A stretch of DNA of 64,000 nucleotides from an uncultured Rhodospirillaceae bacterium (GCA_964458415.1 CAYWIT010000001.1:120207-184206); one strand, 5' to 3'; positions 19,318-28,912 are shown, counted from the first letter of the stretch. The notes: generated from the sequence alone by a model not told the origin. Numbers and translations are program-made.

Positions 19318-19986
19318 TTACAGCGCCGGAGCCTCGGAAATTTTACGCACGTCGGTAATCGCCACTTTCATATCGCCGACGGTCAGCAGCAGCGATCCGT
19401 CATCAGCGGATTCAACGCCGTCAACATGTCCGGGCACGAAAGTGGAAACATTCAGGGCCTTGCCTTCCGCGCCTGTGGCGCCGACGCGAATTTCGTAAGT
19501 GCCGGCAGGCAGGGTCAGGCCGTTATTGTCCTTTCCGTTCCAGATGAATTCATGACGACCGGCAGAAGTTTCCGCGCGCTGCGAATAGACGACAGCGCCG
19601 GTCTGGTCAATGATGCTGAGCGTTCCGATTTCTGCTGCTTCCGGCAGCAGATAGCCCATCGGGACGGGGCTTGTTCCGTTGGATTCGAAAGTTCTGCCCG
19701 TGACCTCTACATTTTTGCCGATAAAGCTGACGCCCAGCGCCGTCAGGTTCAGGGTCTGCATGGTGAGCAGTTTATCCAGCGTGTCGTTGCTGCGGAGTTG
19801 CTGTTCGACTTGCGAAAACTGCACCAGCTGGTTGGTAAATTCTGCCGAGTCCATCGGGTTCAGAGGGTCTTGATTTTGGAGCTGCGTTGTCAGCAGGTTC
19901 AGAAACTGGCTGAAATCATCATTGAGTTTGGTTGCCGAGGCGGCAATTTTACTATTGGAAGAAGAGGTAAGGGCTGAAACATCCAT
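19318..19986 (-). CDS. flgD: Hook capping/assembly protein FlgD
   Basis: 222 aa. FlgD N-terminal motif FLNLLTTQLQNQDPLNPMD. Confidence 0.9.
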   Translation of the reverse strand: MDVSALTSSSNSKIAASATKLNDDFSQFLNLLTTQLQNQDPLNPMDSAEFTNQLVQFSQVEQQLRSNDTLDKLLTMQTLNLTALGVSFIGKNVEVTGRTFESNGTSPVPMGYLLPEAAEIGTLSIIDQTGAVVYSQRAETSAGRHEFIWNGKDNNGLTLPAGTYEIRVGATGAEGKALNVSTFVPGHVDGVESADDGSLLLTVGDMKVAITDVRKISEAPAL

Positions 19987-20001
19987 AATGCGGACTCCTT
20001 A

Positions 20002-21663
20002 TCAGACGGTAATGTTGACGCCGTTCGGCGAGATCGTGCCGTAAGTCTGGACGGCGAGCAGGGCATTGGCTTTCTTTTCTGGCGCATTGCCGTTCAGTTG
20101 TGCAATAAAGTCGTTGTCGGCGGTGTTGTTATTGTTGTCGCGATCATGTAACTGGCGCTGATTATGATCCTGCTGGCGCAGGTCAAAGCTCAGCGCGTTT
20201 TCATCCATATCCAGTCCGCTTTGCTGCAATATCCGTTCGAGCTGTGTGGAATCTTTTTGCAACAGGGCCAGCGTTTCCGGCTTGTCGGCGATCAGATGCG
20301 CTTTCATGGCGCCATCCTTGCCGAATTTGAGGCGGATCTCGAGTTTGCCGAGTTCCGCCGGGTTGAGCTGCATAGTGAAAGTGTCCATTTTTGCAGCGGC
20401 GTTGCGCTGGATATGCAAGGCAACCATTTGCGTTGTCGCGCCCTGTCCCTGACGGGCGGCAGTCATGTAATTGACGAAGCCCTGATGCGTGGTCTCGTTT
20501 GTTACCTTCAGGGAATCTGCCATGAGGGACGATGTATCGCTTGTAAAAGTTTGCTGTCCGGATTGATGGCCGAATTCGCCGCTTTGGAATCCGCTTGCGC
20601 CGTTCCCCCCTCCGGCCATGGCATTGACCAGTGCCGGATGCGATGTCATCAGGGGGGCTGCAGGTTTTGCCGGAGTTGTGGCCTGTGGCGCGATTGTCGC
20701 CGCGGCAAGAGCTTGCTGCGCTACCGGAGAGGCTGCATTCATAACGCTTTTTTGCGCTGTTTGCAGGCCCCGTTGATCGGCGGATGCGGCTGGCAGTTCT
20801 GGCGTGCCTTCAGACAGGACAGGGGCCGCGGTATTTTGGATAAAGACCTGTCCGGAAGGTTCTTGGCGCAGGGTTTTGGCCAGAGCGGTCAGGTATTTCT
20901 GGACAGTGGGCTGGTCAAAGCCCTGCTGCTGCAGGAATTGCATCGCATCGGCTTTGAACGCCACCAGAATATCCCGATTGATGGCGCCGTTTGTTAAACC
21001 CAATTCCCCGAATTTTGCTTTTAATTGCTCCAGAATGGCCGTATCCGGCAGGTCGCCGCTTTCCTGTCCGGCTTCATGGGCCGCGAGAAGCTGCATAAGC
21101 TGGCTGTTTTCCGGCGTGCCGGAGCCGGGTTGCAGGGCATTCAGCATGGTGGCCAGATCCGTTGTATCCGGTGCCTGCGTTTGCATGGCAGGAATGGCCG
21201 TTTCCTGCAATGCGGGGGCTAAAGCTGCAGTCAGATCCTGAAGGAGCGTGGCCGGACGGAGGGTCGGGTCTAGTGGCTGGCCTTGCAGGAGGTTCGCAAC
21301 TTTTCCAGCGATTGATTTTTGATCTTGTGGCGTAAGCCCTTGCAGCAGGGCGCCGATTCCAGTTGCTTCGGCGGCACCGCCTTGCAGGAGAGCGGCAATT
21401 TTCTCTGCCAGACCATCGGCTGTTGCGCTGCTCGCGGCAGAAGGGATAGGGAGTGCGGAAAGACCCGGCAGATTTTGCAGGGGTGCGGCTGTTCCTGCCG
21501 GTGTTGCGGGCGCAGATGACGCATTAATTTGTGCGAAGATGAGGTTGAGAAAGCCAGCTAGTCCCTGTTGTGCCGGAGCATTGCCCAATGCTTTCGGGGA
21601 TGTTACGGCCCCCGTTCCTGACAGCATTGATATGGCATTTATTCCGTTCACGTTGAACCTCAT
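20002..21663 (-). CDS. fliK: Hook-length control protein FliK
   Basis: 553 aa. Ala/Pro/Gln-rich, C-terminal Flg_hook-type domain (LNPAELGKLEIRLKF...). Directly upstream of flgD-flgE. Confidence 0.8.
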   Translation of the reverse strand: MRFNVNGINAISMLSGTGAVTSPKALGNAPAQQGLAGFLNLIFAQINASSAPATPAGTAAPLQNLPGLSALPIPSAASSATADGLAEKIAALLQGGAAEATGIGALLQGLTPQDQKSIAGKVANLLQGQPLDPTLRPATLLQDLTAALAPALQETAIPAMQTQAPDTTDLATMLNALQPGSGTPENSQLMQLLAAHEAGQESGDLPDTAILEQLKAKFGELGLTNGAINRDILVAFKADAMQFLQQQGFDQPTVQKYLTALAKTLRQEPSGQVFIQNTAAPVLSEGTPELPAASADQRGLQTAQKSVMNAASPVAQQALAAATIAPQATTPAKPAAPLMTSHPALVNAMAGGGNGASGFQSGEFGHQSGQQTFTSDTSSLMADSLKVTNETTHQGFVNYMTAARQGQGATTQMVALHIQRNAAAKMDTFTMQLNPAELGKLEIRLKFGKDGAMKAHLIADKPETLALLQKDSTQLERILQQSGLDMDENALSFDLRQQDHNQRQLHDRDNNNNTADNDFIAQLNGNAPEKKANALLAVQTYGTISPNGVNITV

Positions 21664-21684
21664 AAGTTATCCTGCGTATACTCT

Positions 21685-21700
21685 TGCACATGCCGTGCCA
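21685..21700 (-). promoter_or_regulatory. Sigma54 promoter of fliK-flgD-flgE
   Basis: Minus strand reads TGGCACggcatGTGCA (consensus TGGCAC-N5-TTGCA), 22 nt upstream of the fliK ATG. Confidence 0.6.
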
Positions 21701-21726
21701 GTTTTGAGCGACTCTGAAAATAAACT

Positions 21727-21761
21727 GAAAAAAGAAAGGGCCGCCTGTGGGGAGGCGGCCC
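21727..21761 (-). terminator. Rho-independent terminator after the flgI operon
   Basis: Stem GGGCCGCCT/AGGCGGCCC, followed on the minus strand by TTTCTTTTTTCAGTTT. Confidence 0.7.
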
Positions 21762-21788
21762 TTGGGGTGGTGGAGAGGTGGGGGGAAA

Positions 21789-22265
21789 TCATAGCTGCTG
21801 GTCAACGCGGAGAGAGAGCGTCGATGTTTTATAGGTTTGTGTATGACCTTTTGCGGAATAGCCTGTCTGGCATTCATCGGCAACGGTCTTGCGCGCCACG
21901 TCAAGAATGCGGTTAACCAGACGTTTGGCGCCATTTCTGGCGGAATCCAGCGCGCCAAGATTGTCCTTGAGGGTCAAGGTGAAGGCTGTTTTTGTCCGAA
22001 CCAGTTTTTCCCGCAAGGCCAGATCAAGAAGGCTGATTTCCGCTTGCCTTGCCGCGAGGGCGGTGATTTGCGCCTGATAACCTCTGGCATATTCACGTTT
22101 TTGTTCCTGCAGGGATTCCACCGTGGCGAAGTCAACGGCTTTTAGCGCTGCCGTTTCTTTTGCAAGCAGGGCTCCGAAGGATTCCAGCAGAACCATCAGG
22201 GACTGCACATCCGCGCCGAGGCTGGTTTCAATTTTTGTCGTCGTCATCGTTTTTACTGCGGTCAT
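21789..22265 (-). CDS. FlgN/FlbY-like flagellar protein
   Basis: 158-aa helical ORF overlapping the upstream cheL-like gene, in the position of flbY in the Caulobacter flgI-cheL-flbY operon. Assignment is by context only. Confidence 0.45.
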   Translation of the reverse strand: MTAVKTMTTTKIETSLGADVQSLMVLLESFGALLAKETAALKAVDFATVESLQEQKREYARGYQAQITALAARQAEISLLDLALREKLVRTKTAFTLTLKDNLGALDSARNGAKRLVNRILDVARKTVADECQTGYSAKGHTQTYKTSTLSLRVDQQL

Positions 22266-22591
22266 GGTACACCTCTTTTGTTGGGGTTATGCTGCTGCAT
22301 CTCAATCATCATTTTCTGGATCTGGTCGGATATGCCGAGACCGGGCCCTTTTGCGATTTCCTTGCCGTATTCGGTGACAAGCATGCTGCGAAACATGTCC
22401 TCGCCGTGGCCACCGCCAAAAACGGGGTCGGTTTCCAGCCCTGCAAACATGTGCGAAAGCATTTCAGAGACAAACATTGATTCGAATTCTTTTGCGGTCT
22501 GTCCGATCTGGCGGATGTTCGTAGGAGCGTTCTTTGTGGTAAACATTGCCGTTTCGTAAGAGACTGACGTTGCGGGTAACGTTGCGGTCAT
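22262..22591 (-). CDS. Rod-binding protein (FlgJ N-terminal domain / CheL)
   Basis: 109 aa. Rod_binding-type motif EFESMFVSEMLSHMF. Immediately after flgI. Confidence 0.8.
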   Translation of the reverse strand: MTATLPATSVSYETAMFTTKNAPTNIRQIGQTAKEFESMFVSEMLSHMFAGLETDPVFGGGHGEDMFRSMLVTEYGKEIAKGPGLGISDQIQKMMIEMQQHNPNKRGVP

Positions 22592-22592
22592 G

Positions 22593-23765
22593 TTACATCA
22601 CCTCGATTTCGGCCTGCAGGGCGCCGGCGGCTTTGATGGATTGCAGGATCGTGATGATATCGCGTGGTCCAACGCCAAGAGCATTCAGGCTGGCCACCAG
22701 ATCCTGCAGGCTGATGCCTTCCGGCAATACCGCCAGTTTGTTGCCTGTGTCTTCATCAATCTGGATGTCTGTGCGCGGTACGATGGTGGTCTGGCCTTGC
22801 TGGGCGAAGGCTTGCGGTTGCGAGACTTGCGGCGTTTCGGTGATGCGGATGGTCAGGTTGCCCTGGGCGAGAGCTACAGTAGAGATCCGTACGTCCTTGC
22901 CCATGACGATCACGCCGGAGCGCTCGTCGATGACAACGCGGGCCAGCTGGTCGGGCGACACTTTCAGTTGTTCGATGTCGGTAATCAGGTTGACGAGCCC
23001 GGATTGGTATCCTGGCGGAATTTTGACTTCAACTGAAGACGGGTTCTGCGCCTGTGCTGCGGGAAACTTCAGGTAATCATTGATTGCGGAAGCAATGCGC
23101 CGTGCGGTGGTAAAGTCCGGATTGCGCAAGGCAAGACGGGTCGAGGACATCTGGGCGAGGTCGAAGGCGATTTCGCGTTCGACAATGGCGCCAGCAGCAA
23201 TGCGGCCCGTGGTTGGAATGTTTTGGGTGACGGATCCTGCGTCTCCTTTGGCGGAAAACCCCGCGACGGAAACAGGGCCCTGCGCGACCGCATAGACCTG
23301 GCCATCAGCGCCCAGCAGCGGCGTGACCAGCAAGGTGCCGCCTTGCAGGCTTTTGGAATCGCCCAGCGCGGAAATGGTCACATCCATCCGCGCCCCCTGA
23401 TTTGTGAAGGGAGGCAGGGTGCCGGTGACCATCACGGCAGCGATATTTTTGGTATTGAGGTCTTCATCGCGGATATTGACGCCAAGGCGTTCGAGCATCC
23501 CGATAATGCTTTGTTGCGTGAAGGGCGAATTCTTGAGGGAGTCACCCGATCCGTTCAGGCCGACGACAAGGCCGTAACCGATCAGCATATTGTCGCGGAC
23601 GCCTTCGATTTCAACGATATCCTTGATGCGGGTAGAAGGGCCGGTCACCGTTGTGGCTGCCGCCGCATCTTGCGTCATGGGCAGGCTGAAGGTGATCAGG
23701 CCGATGATGGCCGCGATTATGAAACTTTTCCCGATGTTTTTAGTTCTGTTTTTAAGCGTTTTCAT
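22593..23765 (-). CDS. flgI: P-ring protein FlgI
   Basis: Signal peptide from MKTLKNRTKNIGKSFIIAAIIG, then RIKDIVEIEGVRDNMLIGYGLVVGLNGSGD. The tracked ORF extends to 24080, but that N-terminal part is not FlgI-like. Confidence 0.93.
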   Translation of the reverse strand: MKTLKNRTKNIGKSFIIAAIIGLITFSLPMTQDAAAATTVTGPSTRIKDIVEIEGVRDNMLIGYGLVVGLNGSGDSLKNSPFTQQSIIGMLERLGVNIRDEDLNTKNIAAVMVTGTLPPFTNQGARMDVTISALGDSKSLQGGTLLVTPLLGADGQVYAVAQGPVSVAGFSAKGDAGSVTQNIPTTGRIAAGAIVEREIAFDLAQMSSTRLALRNPDFTTARRIASAINDYLKFPAAQAQNPSSVEVKIPPGYQSGLVNLITDIEQLKVSPDQLARVVIDERSGVIVMGKDVRISTVALAQGNLTIRITETPQVSQPQAFAQQGQTTIVPRTDIQIDEDTGNKLAVLPEGISLQDLVASLNALGVGPRDIITILQSIKAAGALQAEIEVM

Positions 23766-23807
23766 TTTTCCCACCATTCTGAAAACATTTTTCCCGTTAG
23801 AGATATA

Positions 23808-23823
23808 AGCGAAAACCATGCCA
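23808..23823 (-). promoter_or_regulatory. Sigma54-like promoter of the flgI operon
   Basis: Minus strand reads TGGCATggtttTCGCT (GG and GC correctly spaced), about 45 nt upstream of the flgI start. Confidence 0.45.
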
Positions 23824-23954
23824 GTTTTACCGGTGTTAAAATGATGCAAATACAGGGGTTTCAGGCAGGGTATTGTGGGTATTGCCTGTAAAAAGGGGGA
23901 GGCGGCAAATATTGCCGGTTGGTTTCGGGTAAAGAACGTGACTATAATATGAAC

Positions 23955-24380
23955 ATGAAAGTTGAAGGTCCGAACAAAAGCGCGACGACAAAGGGCGTTT
24001 CCAGAACCGGCGCACGAACGGGTGCTGCGGGCAGTTCTTTCAGCGGCCTGATTGAGGAAGCAGAGGAAACGGCTGCGCAATCCGCCACCTCTGCAACAAT
24101 GGCTGTGGGGCCGCTTGATGCGCTTTTATCCCTGCAGGAAGCCGGCGACAGTCTTTCTGGCGGCGGAAAACAGGCCAGAGAGCGGGCGGAATCGCTGCTG
24201 GATCAGCTTGACCGGATCCGTATGGGCTTGCTGACAGGGAATATCCCACCATCTGCTTTGCAACAGCTGACAGAAACGTTGCAGACCCAGCGCGAACGGG
24301 TTATGGATCCGCATCTGGCCGATATTATTGATGAAATTGATCTGCGGGTGCAGGTGGAGCTGGCTAAATTAGGCCGTTAA
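23955..24380 (+). CDS. fliX: Flagellar assembly checkpoint regulator FliX
   Basis: Divergent from flgI as in Caulobacter. MKVEGP start, LDALLSLQE..., C-terminus DEIDLRVQVELAKLGR matches my memory of FliX. Confidence 0.75.
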   Translation: MKVEGPNKSATTKGVSRTGARTGAAGSSFSGLIEEAEETAAQSATSATMAVGPLDALLSLQEAGDSLSGGGKQARERAESLLDQLDRIRMGLLTGNIPPSALQQLTETLQTQRERVMDPHLADIIDEIDLRVQVELAKLGR

Positions 24381-24393
24381 CGCCCTTTTTTCT

Positions 24394-24422
24394 TGACATA
24401 ATAATCGAAAATAGGTACTTTT
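24394..24422 (+). promoter_or_regulatory. Sigma70-type promoter of the ankyrin gene
   Basis: TTGACA-N17-TACTTT read directly, 27 nt before the GTG start. Confidence 0.45.
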
Positions 24423-24448
24423 GCGGCTTCAAAGCAAGGGGAACCCTC

Positions 24449-25102
24449 GTGCCTGTCAGTTCTACCCAGATATTTAATGCCATCAGCGCCGGAAATGTCG
24501 CGGAAGTCCTGGCCCTGCAAAGGAAATACAAGAATCTTGATCCGCGTAATTCTGCGGGAAATACGCCGCTTCATTTTGCCATCCTCATGGAAAAAACAGA
24601 GATTGTGAAAAGACTGGTGGAAGAGGCCGGTGTCGATATCAATGCCCGGGGTTTGAAAATGATGACGCCAGTATCATTGGCGGCAAACCTGTGTCTGGAA
24701 GATTACGCTGTCTTTCTGGTTGAAAAGGGCGCGGACCTTCGTTTGCGGGATGCTTACAGCAAGGCGGCGCTGGACAGAGCGCACGAGAAAAATCTGAGCA
24801 AGCTTAAAGAAGCGATTTGGCAGAGGCTCACGCCCGTTGAAATTGAAGCGGAGTTGTGGACGGCGTTTGAAGCGGGGCATACGGAGGATTTTATCAGTCT
24901 GGTTGAAAATCACGGGGCGGATATTTATCGAAAGCATGATAACGGAAGATCCATTGCCGCGGTCACGAAAGACATGACGGATTCGGATATTGCCGGCTTT
25001 GTCCGGAGAAGAGAAGGCCTGGCGGCGGCGGCGCGATTGACAGAGCCGACAACTGCGGTTGTTAAAGCGTTTCGTCCGCTTGTTTATAAAAATAAAAATT
25101 AG
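24449..25102 (+). CDS. Ankyrin-repeat protein (217 aa)
   Basis: Canonical ANK motifs (NSAGNTPLHFAILMEKTEIVKRLVEEAGVDINA; repeats continue). GTG start. Confidence 0.85.
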   Translation: MPVSSTQIFNAISAGNVAEVLALQRKYKNLDPRNSAGNTPLHFAILMEKTEIVKRLVEEAGVDINARGLKMMTPVSLAANLCLEDYAVFLVEKGADLRLRDAYSKAALDRAHEKNLSKLKEAIWQRLTPVEIEAELWTAFEAGHTEDFISLVENHGADIYRKHDNGRSIAAVTKDMTDSDIAGFVRRREGLAAAARLTEPTTAVVKAFRPLVYKNKN

Positions 25103-25104
25103 GG

Positions 25105-28100
25105 TCAGGACCCGTTGTCCGATCCCGTGCCAGACATTTTTTTATAGTTATCAAGGAAACCCTTGAACATATCCACCTCGTTCGCGATTTTAAGAATGGT
25201 TTCGCGGTCGGCCAGACTGTCGCCGCCGCTTTCGCGGGTCACGACGCCGAAGGTGGAGGCCAGCGGGGATTTTTCTATTGCGCTTTCATAGCGGTTTTTT
25301 AATTCCCGCAGCTTCGCTACATTGCCGGCAAGCTTGTAACCGACGGCGCTGTTGATGATAAGGCGCGCGGATTCTTCATCGAGAATCTGGGAGGAAGGGG
25401 GAACCAGCGCGGTCATGGCATCGGCGGCGGCCTCCCAGCGCCGGGCGTGCCAGAGAACGTCGGCCCTGAGTTTGCCCGCATTGCGCGAGGTCAGGGGGGC
25501 CAGCGTTGCAACGGCGGCGTCCGTCAGGTTAAGCTGCGATTGCGAACGGGCCCGGAGCAGGGCTCGCTCTTCTGCCTGTGCGGCCGGGATGTCGGCAATA
25601 GTTGTTCTGTCGAGCGTTGACAGTGCTTGCTTCGGGCGTCCATCCAGAAGATAAACGGCTGCGAGCTTCACACCTGTTTCCAGCGTCTGCTTGTCGGACA
25701 GGCCGGCGGCAAGCTGTTCTTCCAGAATCGTTGCCGCTTTGTCGATGAGGTCCATGCTGATGAGATAGTCGGCAAAATGGAGGGCGGCCACTGTGCCATC
25801 CTCGCCCGGGGGCAGGAGACCGCTGAATTCGTTGTATATCGAGATTGCCTCCAGCGGCGATATCTTTCCGGCAAGCGGGCCGATAAAAATATCCGTGAAA
25901 ATGCGGCGAATGTCATCGCGGATCGGTGTCGCATCGCTGAAAAGACTATCAGCAAGGCCAGCGGCGGCGGACATGGTTTGCAAGGATTGCAGGTAGTCCT
26001 GGTTAAGGGCCTGCATCAGGCCGAGGTTATGAAGGATCTGGACTTCAAGTCCGTCACCGCGCCAGGCGAAGCGGAGGCTGTCGATGCGGTCGAGGGCCTC
26101 CTCCGGTGTAATGGTTTTTCCCTGCAGTTCCAGATTTGCCAGCGCCAGACTGGCCTTGGCATGGTAAAGCCGGTCCAGTCCGTTTGCCACCGGCTCCCAG
26201 AGGGCGCGGGCGTCTTCTATCTTGCCGCGCTGACGGTAGGTTTCGCCTTTCAGATAATCCATAGCGGCCCGGTAATGGGGGGACATGTCGGGTGATCCGG
26301 CGTTGAGGGAATCCAGCAGGGCTTCCGCCGCATCGTTGTTGCCGAGCCTGAGCGCGGACTCTGCCATGTAAATAGTAAAGGGGATGCTGATATTGTCGGG
26401 ATATTTTCCCAGCAGGGCGTCGTCCTTTGGAAAGGAGCGGTTGGCCATGTGCCATTGCTCTGTTGCTGCCGCCGCAAATCCCCTCCAGAGGCTGGTTTCA
26501 GGGTGCTGCTGAATCGCCGGCATGGAGAGATCATGCAGGGCGTCATCGTAATGGCCGGCCATGGCGGCAGCGGCACCGCGCAAGGCGACAAAGTTCGGGC
26601 TTTTGGCTATTTCCGGGTCGCGTTCGGAAATCAGCCGCAGCATGCCCAGCGTTTCCTGACCAAAATTATTGGCAAAATAAAGCAGGGCGAGCTTCATCAT
26701 CAGCGCGGCCTGATCCTCCGGCAAGGCAGCGGCGATGGCGGCCTCGATAGCGCGTTTGTTCTCGTAAAGGCGGGTGATGCCGCCCTGCTGCCAGGCCGGA
26801 AAATCAAACAGGCGTTTTTCATCGTCATGGATGGTCAGGGATTCGAGGGAAAGTTCATGCGTTTTCTGTCGCGCCAGCGTGGCTGTGAGTCCGGCAGGGG
26901 CGGTGATCAGGACTTCGTTCTGCAAGCTGCTGACATTAATTCCGTCGCGCAGCGGCCGGACCACCAGCCCTGAAATCGAGGGCAGGATTTCAAGATCGGT
27001 AAAGCGACGGCCTTCGGGATTTTGTTCAGTCGGATAGCTGACCGGAACAACATAAAGAGTGTCGCCAATGGAGGGGTCCTGAAAGCTCAGGACTTGTCCG
27101 GCGCCCTTGACGGGGGCCAGTATATGGGCGGTCTGGCTTTCGCTGTCGAGTTCAATGCTGATATCCATCGCAGGCGGTTCACGTTCCGCCGTGCGGGCAA
27201 TGGCAATATTCCAGGTCAGGCTGTGTTTAAGCACGCTGATGGTCTGGTCCGGCGGTATGTTATAGCGAAAGGCAATGCCGTTTTTAAACCGGAGCGTTTT
27301 TGATGCGCCCAGAACGTCTTTGAGCGGTCCGTTGACATCGGGGAGTATTGTGCCAGTGGAGGTGGCATCCATAACGATCCAGAGCGTATGAAAGCGTGTA
27401 AATACGGCAATATTCGTGGCTTCAATCGGGGCAATAACGATACGCGTTACGTCCTGCGCTGCCGGAGACGGGGAAACCTCCTGTGGAGCGGCGGCTGTTG
27501 CCAAAGGCTTCATCGGTGCAGTTGTCACGGGCTCGACTTTTTTTGCCGGGGCCGGAGCGGTTGGTGCTGCGGCGGCTCTTACAGGCGGAGTTTCTTCTGT
27601 TTTTTTCTTTTCTTCAGGCGGGGCAGCCGTTACAGCGGGCTTAATGTCCAGTGGGGCGACCGGTGCTGCGGCTGGCTTGTCTGTTTTCTGTGCGCTTTGT
27701 TTGGGGGCAATCGGTTTCGAGGGGGCTGTTTTATCCGTTTCTTTTCCGGGAAAGACATCGACGACAATTTTTTTCAGCAGACGGAATGTCTTGAAATGAG
27801 CGTTTTCAGGGATGCTGATGGTTACTTTTTTTGTGCCGTCATCTCCCGCTTCAACGGTCATGCCCTGTACAAGGCCGGTGCGCCCGCCTGGGGGAGTCAG
27901 TTGCGCGGGGGTGTCAAAAGAGAGGACAATCTGCCCTGTTTCGGAATTTGCGTGATAGGCCGTCAGTTTTGAAAAGTCGAAAACCAGACGGGTATGATCG
28001 GCGTGTTCACCGACCCGCACTGTTGCGGTCACCGGTGTGGCGGATACTGCCGCGAAAACTACATGGGGGAAGCTTAGAAAAATCATCGCAGCGAGAAGCA

Positions 28101-28191
28101 GCGATGTAAGGTGGAACAGGCCTTTTTTTCTTGCAGACACGATGAATAATCCCCTGTCATCCTTCTGATTACAGGATACACGAAAAATCAT
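25105..28191 (-). CDS. Large exported AMIN-like / Pro-Ala-Lys linker / TPR-like protein
   Basis: 1028-aa ORF. Signal-like RKKGLFHLTSLLLAAMIFLSFPHVVFA, AMIN-like VRVGEHADHTRLVFDF..., PAPK-rich linker, long helical-repeat C-terminus. The true start may be the GTG at 28140 (AGGGGA RBS). Confidence 0.6.
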   Translation of the reverse strand: MIFRVSCNQKDDRGLFIVSARKKGLFHLTSLLLAAMIFLSFPHVVFAAVSATPVTATVRVGEHADHTRLVFDFSKLTAYHANSETGQIVLSFDTPAQLTPPGGRTGLVQGMTVEAGDDGTKKVTISIPENAHFKTFRLLKKIVVDVFPGKETDKTAPSKPIAPKQSAQKTDKPAAAPVAPLDIKPAVTAAPPEEKKKTEETPPVRAAAAPTAPAPAKKVEPVTTAPMKPLATAAAPQEVSPSPAAQDVTRIVIAPIEATNIAVFTRFHTLWIVMDATSTGTILPDVNGPLKDVLGASKTLRFKNGIAFRYNIPPDQTISVLKHSLTWNIAIARTAEREPPAMDISIELDSESQTAHILAPVKGAGQVLSFQDPSIGDTLYVVPVSYPTEQNPEGRRFTDLEILPSISGLVVRPLRDGINVSSLQNEVLITAPAGLTATLARQKTHELSLESLTIHDDEKRLFDFPAWQQGGITRLYENKRAIEAAIAAALPEDQAALMMKLALLYFANNFGQETLGMLRLISERDPEIAKSPNFVALRGAAAAMAGHYDDALHDLSMPAIQQHPETSLWRGFAAAATEQWHMANRSFPKDDALLGKYPDNISIPFTIYMAESALRLGNNDAAEALLDSLNAGSPDMSPHYRAAMDYLKGETYRQRGKIEDARALWEPVANGLDRLYHAKASLALANLELQGKTITPEEALDRIDSLRFAWRGDGLEVQILHNLGLMQALNQDYLQSLQTMSAAAGLADSLFSDATPIRDDIRRIFTDIFIGPLAGKISPLEAISIYNEFSGLLPPGEDGTVAALHFADYLISMDLIDKAATILEEQLAAGLSDKQTLETGVKLAAVYLLDGRPKQALSTLDRTTIADIPAAQAEERALLRARSQSQLNLTDAAVATLAPLTSRNAGKLRADVLWHARRWEAAADAMTALVPPSSQILDEESARLIINSAVGYKLAGNVAKLRELKNRYESAIEKSPLASTFGVVTRESGGDSLADRETILKIANEVDMFKGFLDNYKKMSGTGSDNGS

Positions 28192-28243
28192 TGAAAATCA
28201 GTTAGGAATGCCTTGCCATAAGCGGCAGATGGCTTGCGCTGCG

Positions 28244-28858
28244 CTATTTGTCAAAACTGGCTAGAAGCTTGTCAATCTCGTCTTGCTTTACCGAAGGGCC
28301 GTTGAGCTGCGGCCCGTTCAGCAGACTGGTCGGCGCGGGGTCGGGGTCGCCTTTACCAGCCTCATGGGCAAAGACGGCGCTGTTTGTAGTATCGAGGCTA
28401 TGGCCGAAGGCGTTCAGTATTTCAGCAACCTTGTTTTCAATGTTTTTGAGCGTTTTGACCACTTTGGTGATCCGCTGCCCTGTGATGTCCTGAAAACTGC
28501 AGGCTTCATAGATCGCGGTGATGGCGGTCATCATTTCAGCGCGGGCAGTGTCGTCGAGACCTTGCCCGATATGCTCGATCTTGTCACAGGAATCCATGAT
28601 GGTTCCTGTCGCTTTTGCGGTTTCCCCGATAACGGCGTCCAGTTCGTCCGTCGCGCTCGGAATATGGTTGTGGCTGATTTCGATCGAGCGCATCTGCGCG
28701 AGTTCCGCGCGCATGTTCTGGATATAAACCGCAAGGGAGGAAAGGTCGTCATGCAATTTGCGGGCAGCTTCCGTATCCTTGCCGATATTCCCAAGGACGG
28801 ACTGGATGATGTTGACAACTTCCTTGCGGCTATAAGGCCTTTCGTTCATATCGTGCAT
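28244..28858 (-). CDS. cheZ: CheY-P phosphatase CheZ
   Basis: 204 aa. Catalytic-Gln motif FQDITGQR and a C-terminal CheY-binding-like peptide QDEIDKLLASF. Confidence 0.8.
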   Translation of the reverse strand: MHDMNERPYSRKEVVNIIQSVLGNIGKDTEAARKLHDDLSSLAVYIQNMRAELAQMRSIEISHNHIPSATDELDAVIGETAKATGTIMDSCDKIEHIGQGLDDTARAEMMTAITAIYEACSFQDITGQRITKVVKTLKNIENKVAEILNAFGHSLDTTNSAVFAHEAGKGDPDPAPTSLLNGPQLNGPSVKQDEIDKLLASFDK

Positions 28859-28912
28859 TCCTGCTCATTGTTCCAATATACTGTAATTTTTGCGGATCGT
28901 GCCGTGCGCTGA

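Noticed and set aside
23766-24080. N-terminal 105-aa extension of the flgI ORF in the track
   Set aside because: The extension is not FlgI-like and would overlap fliX and the divergent promoter region. A signal peptide begins at the internal MKTLKN start (23765).
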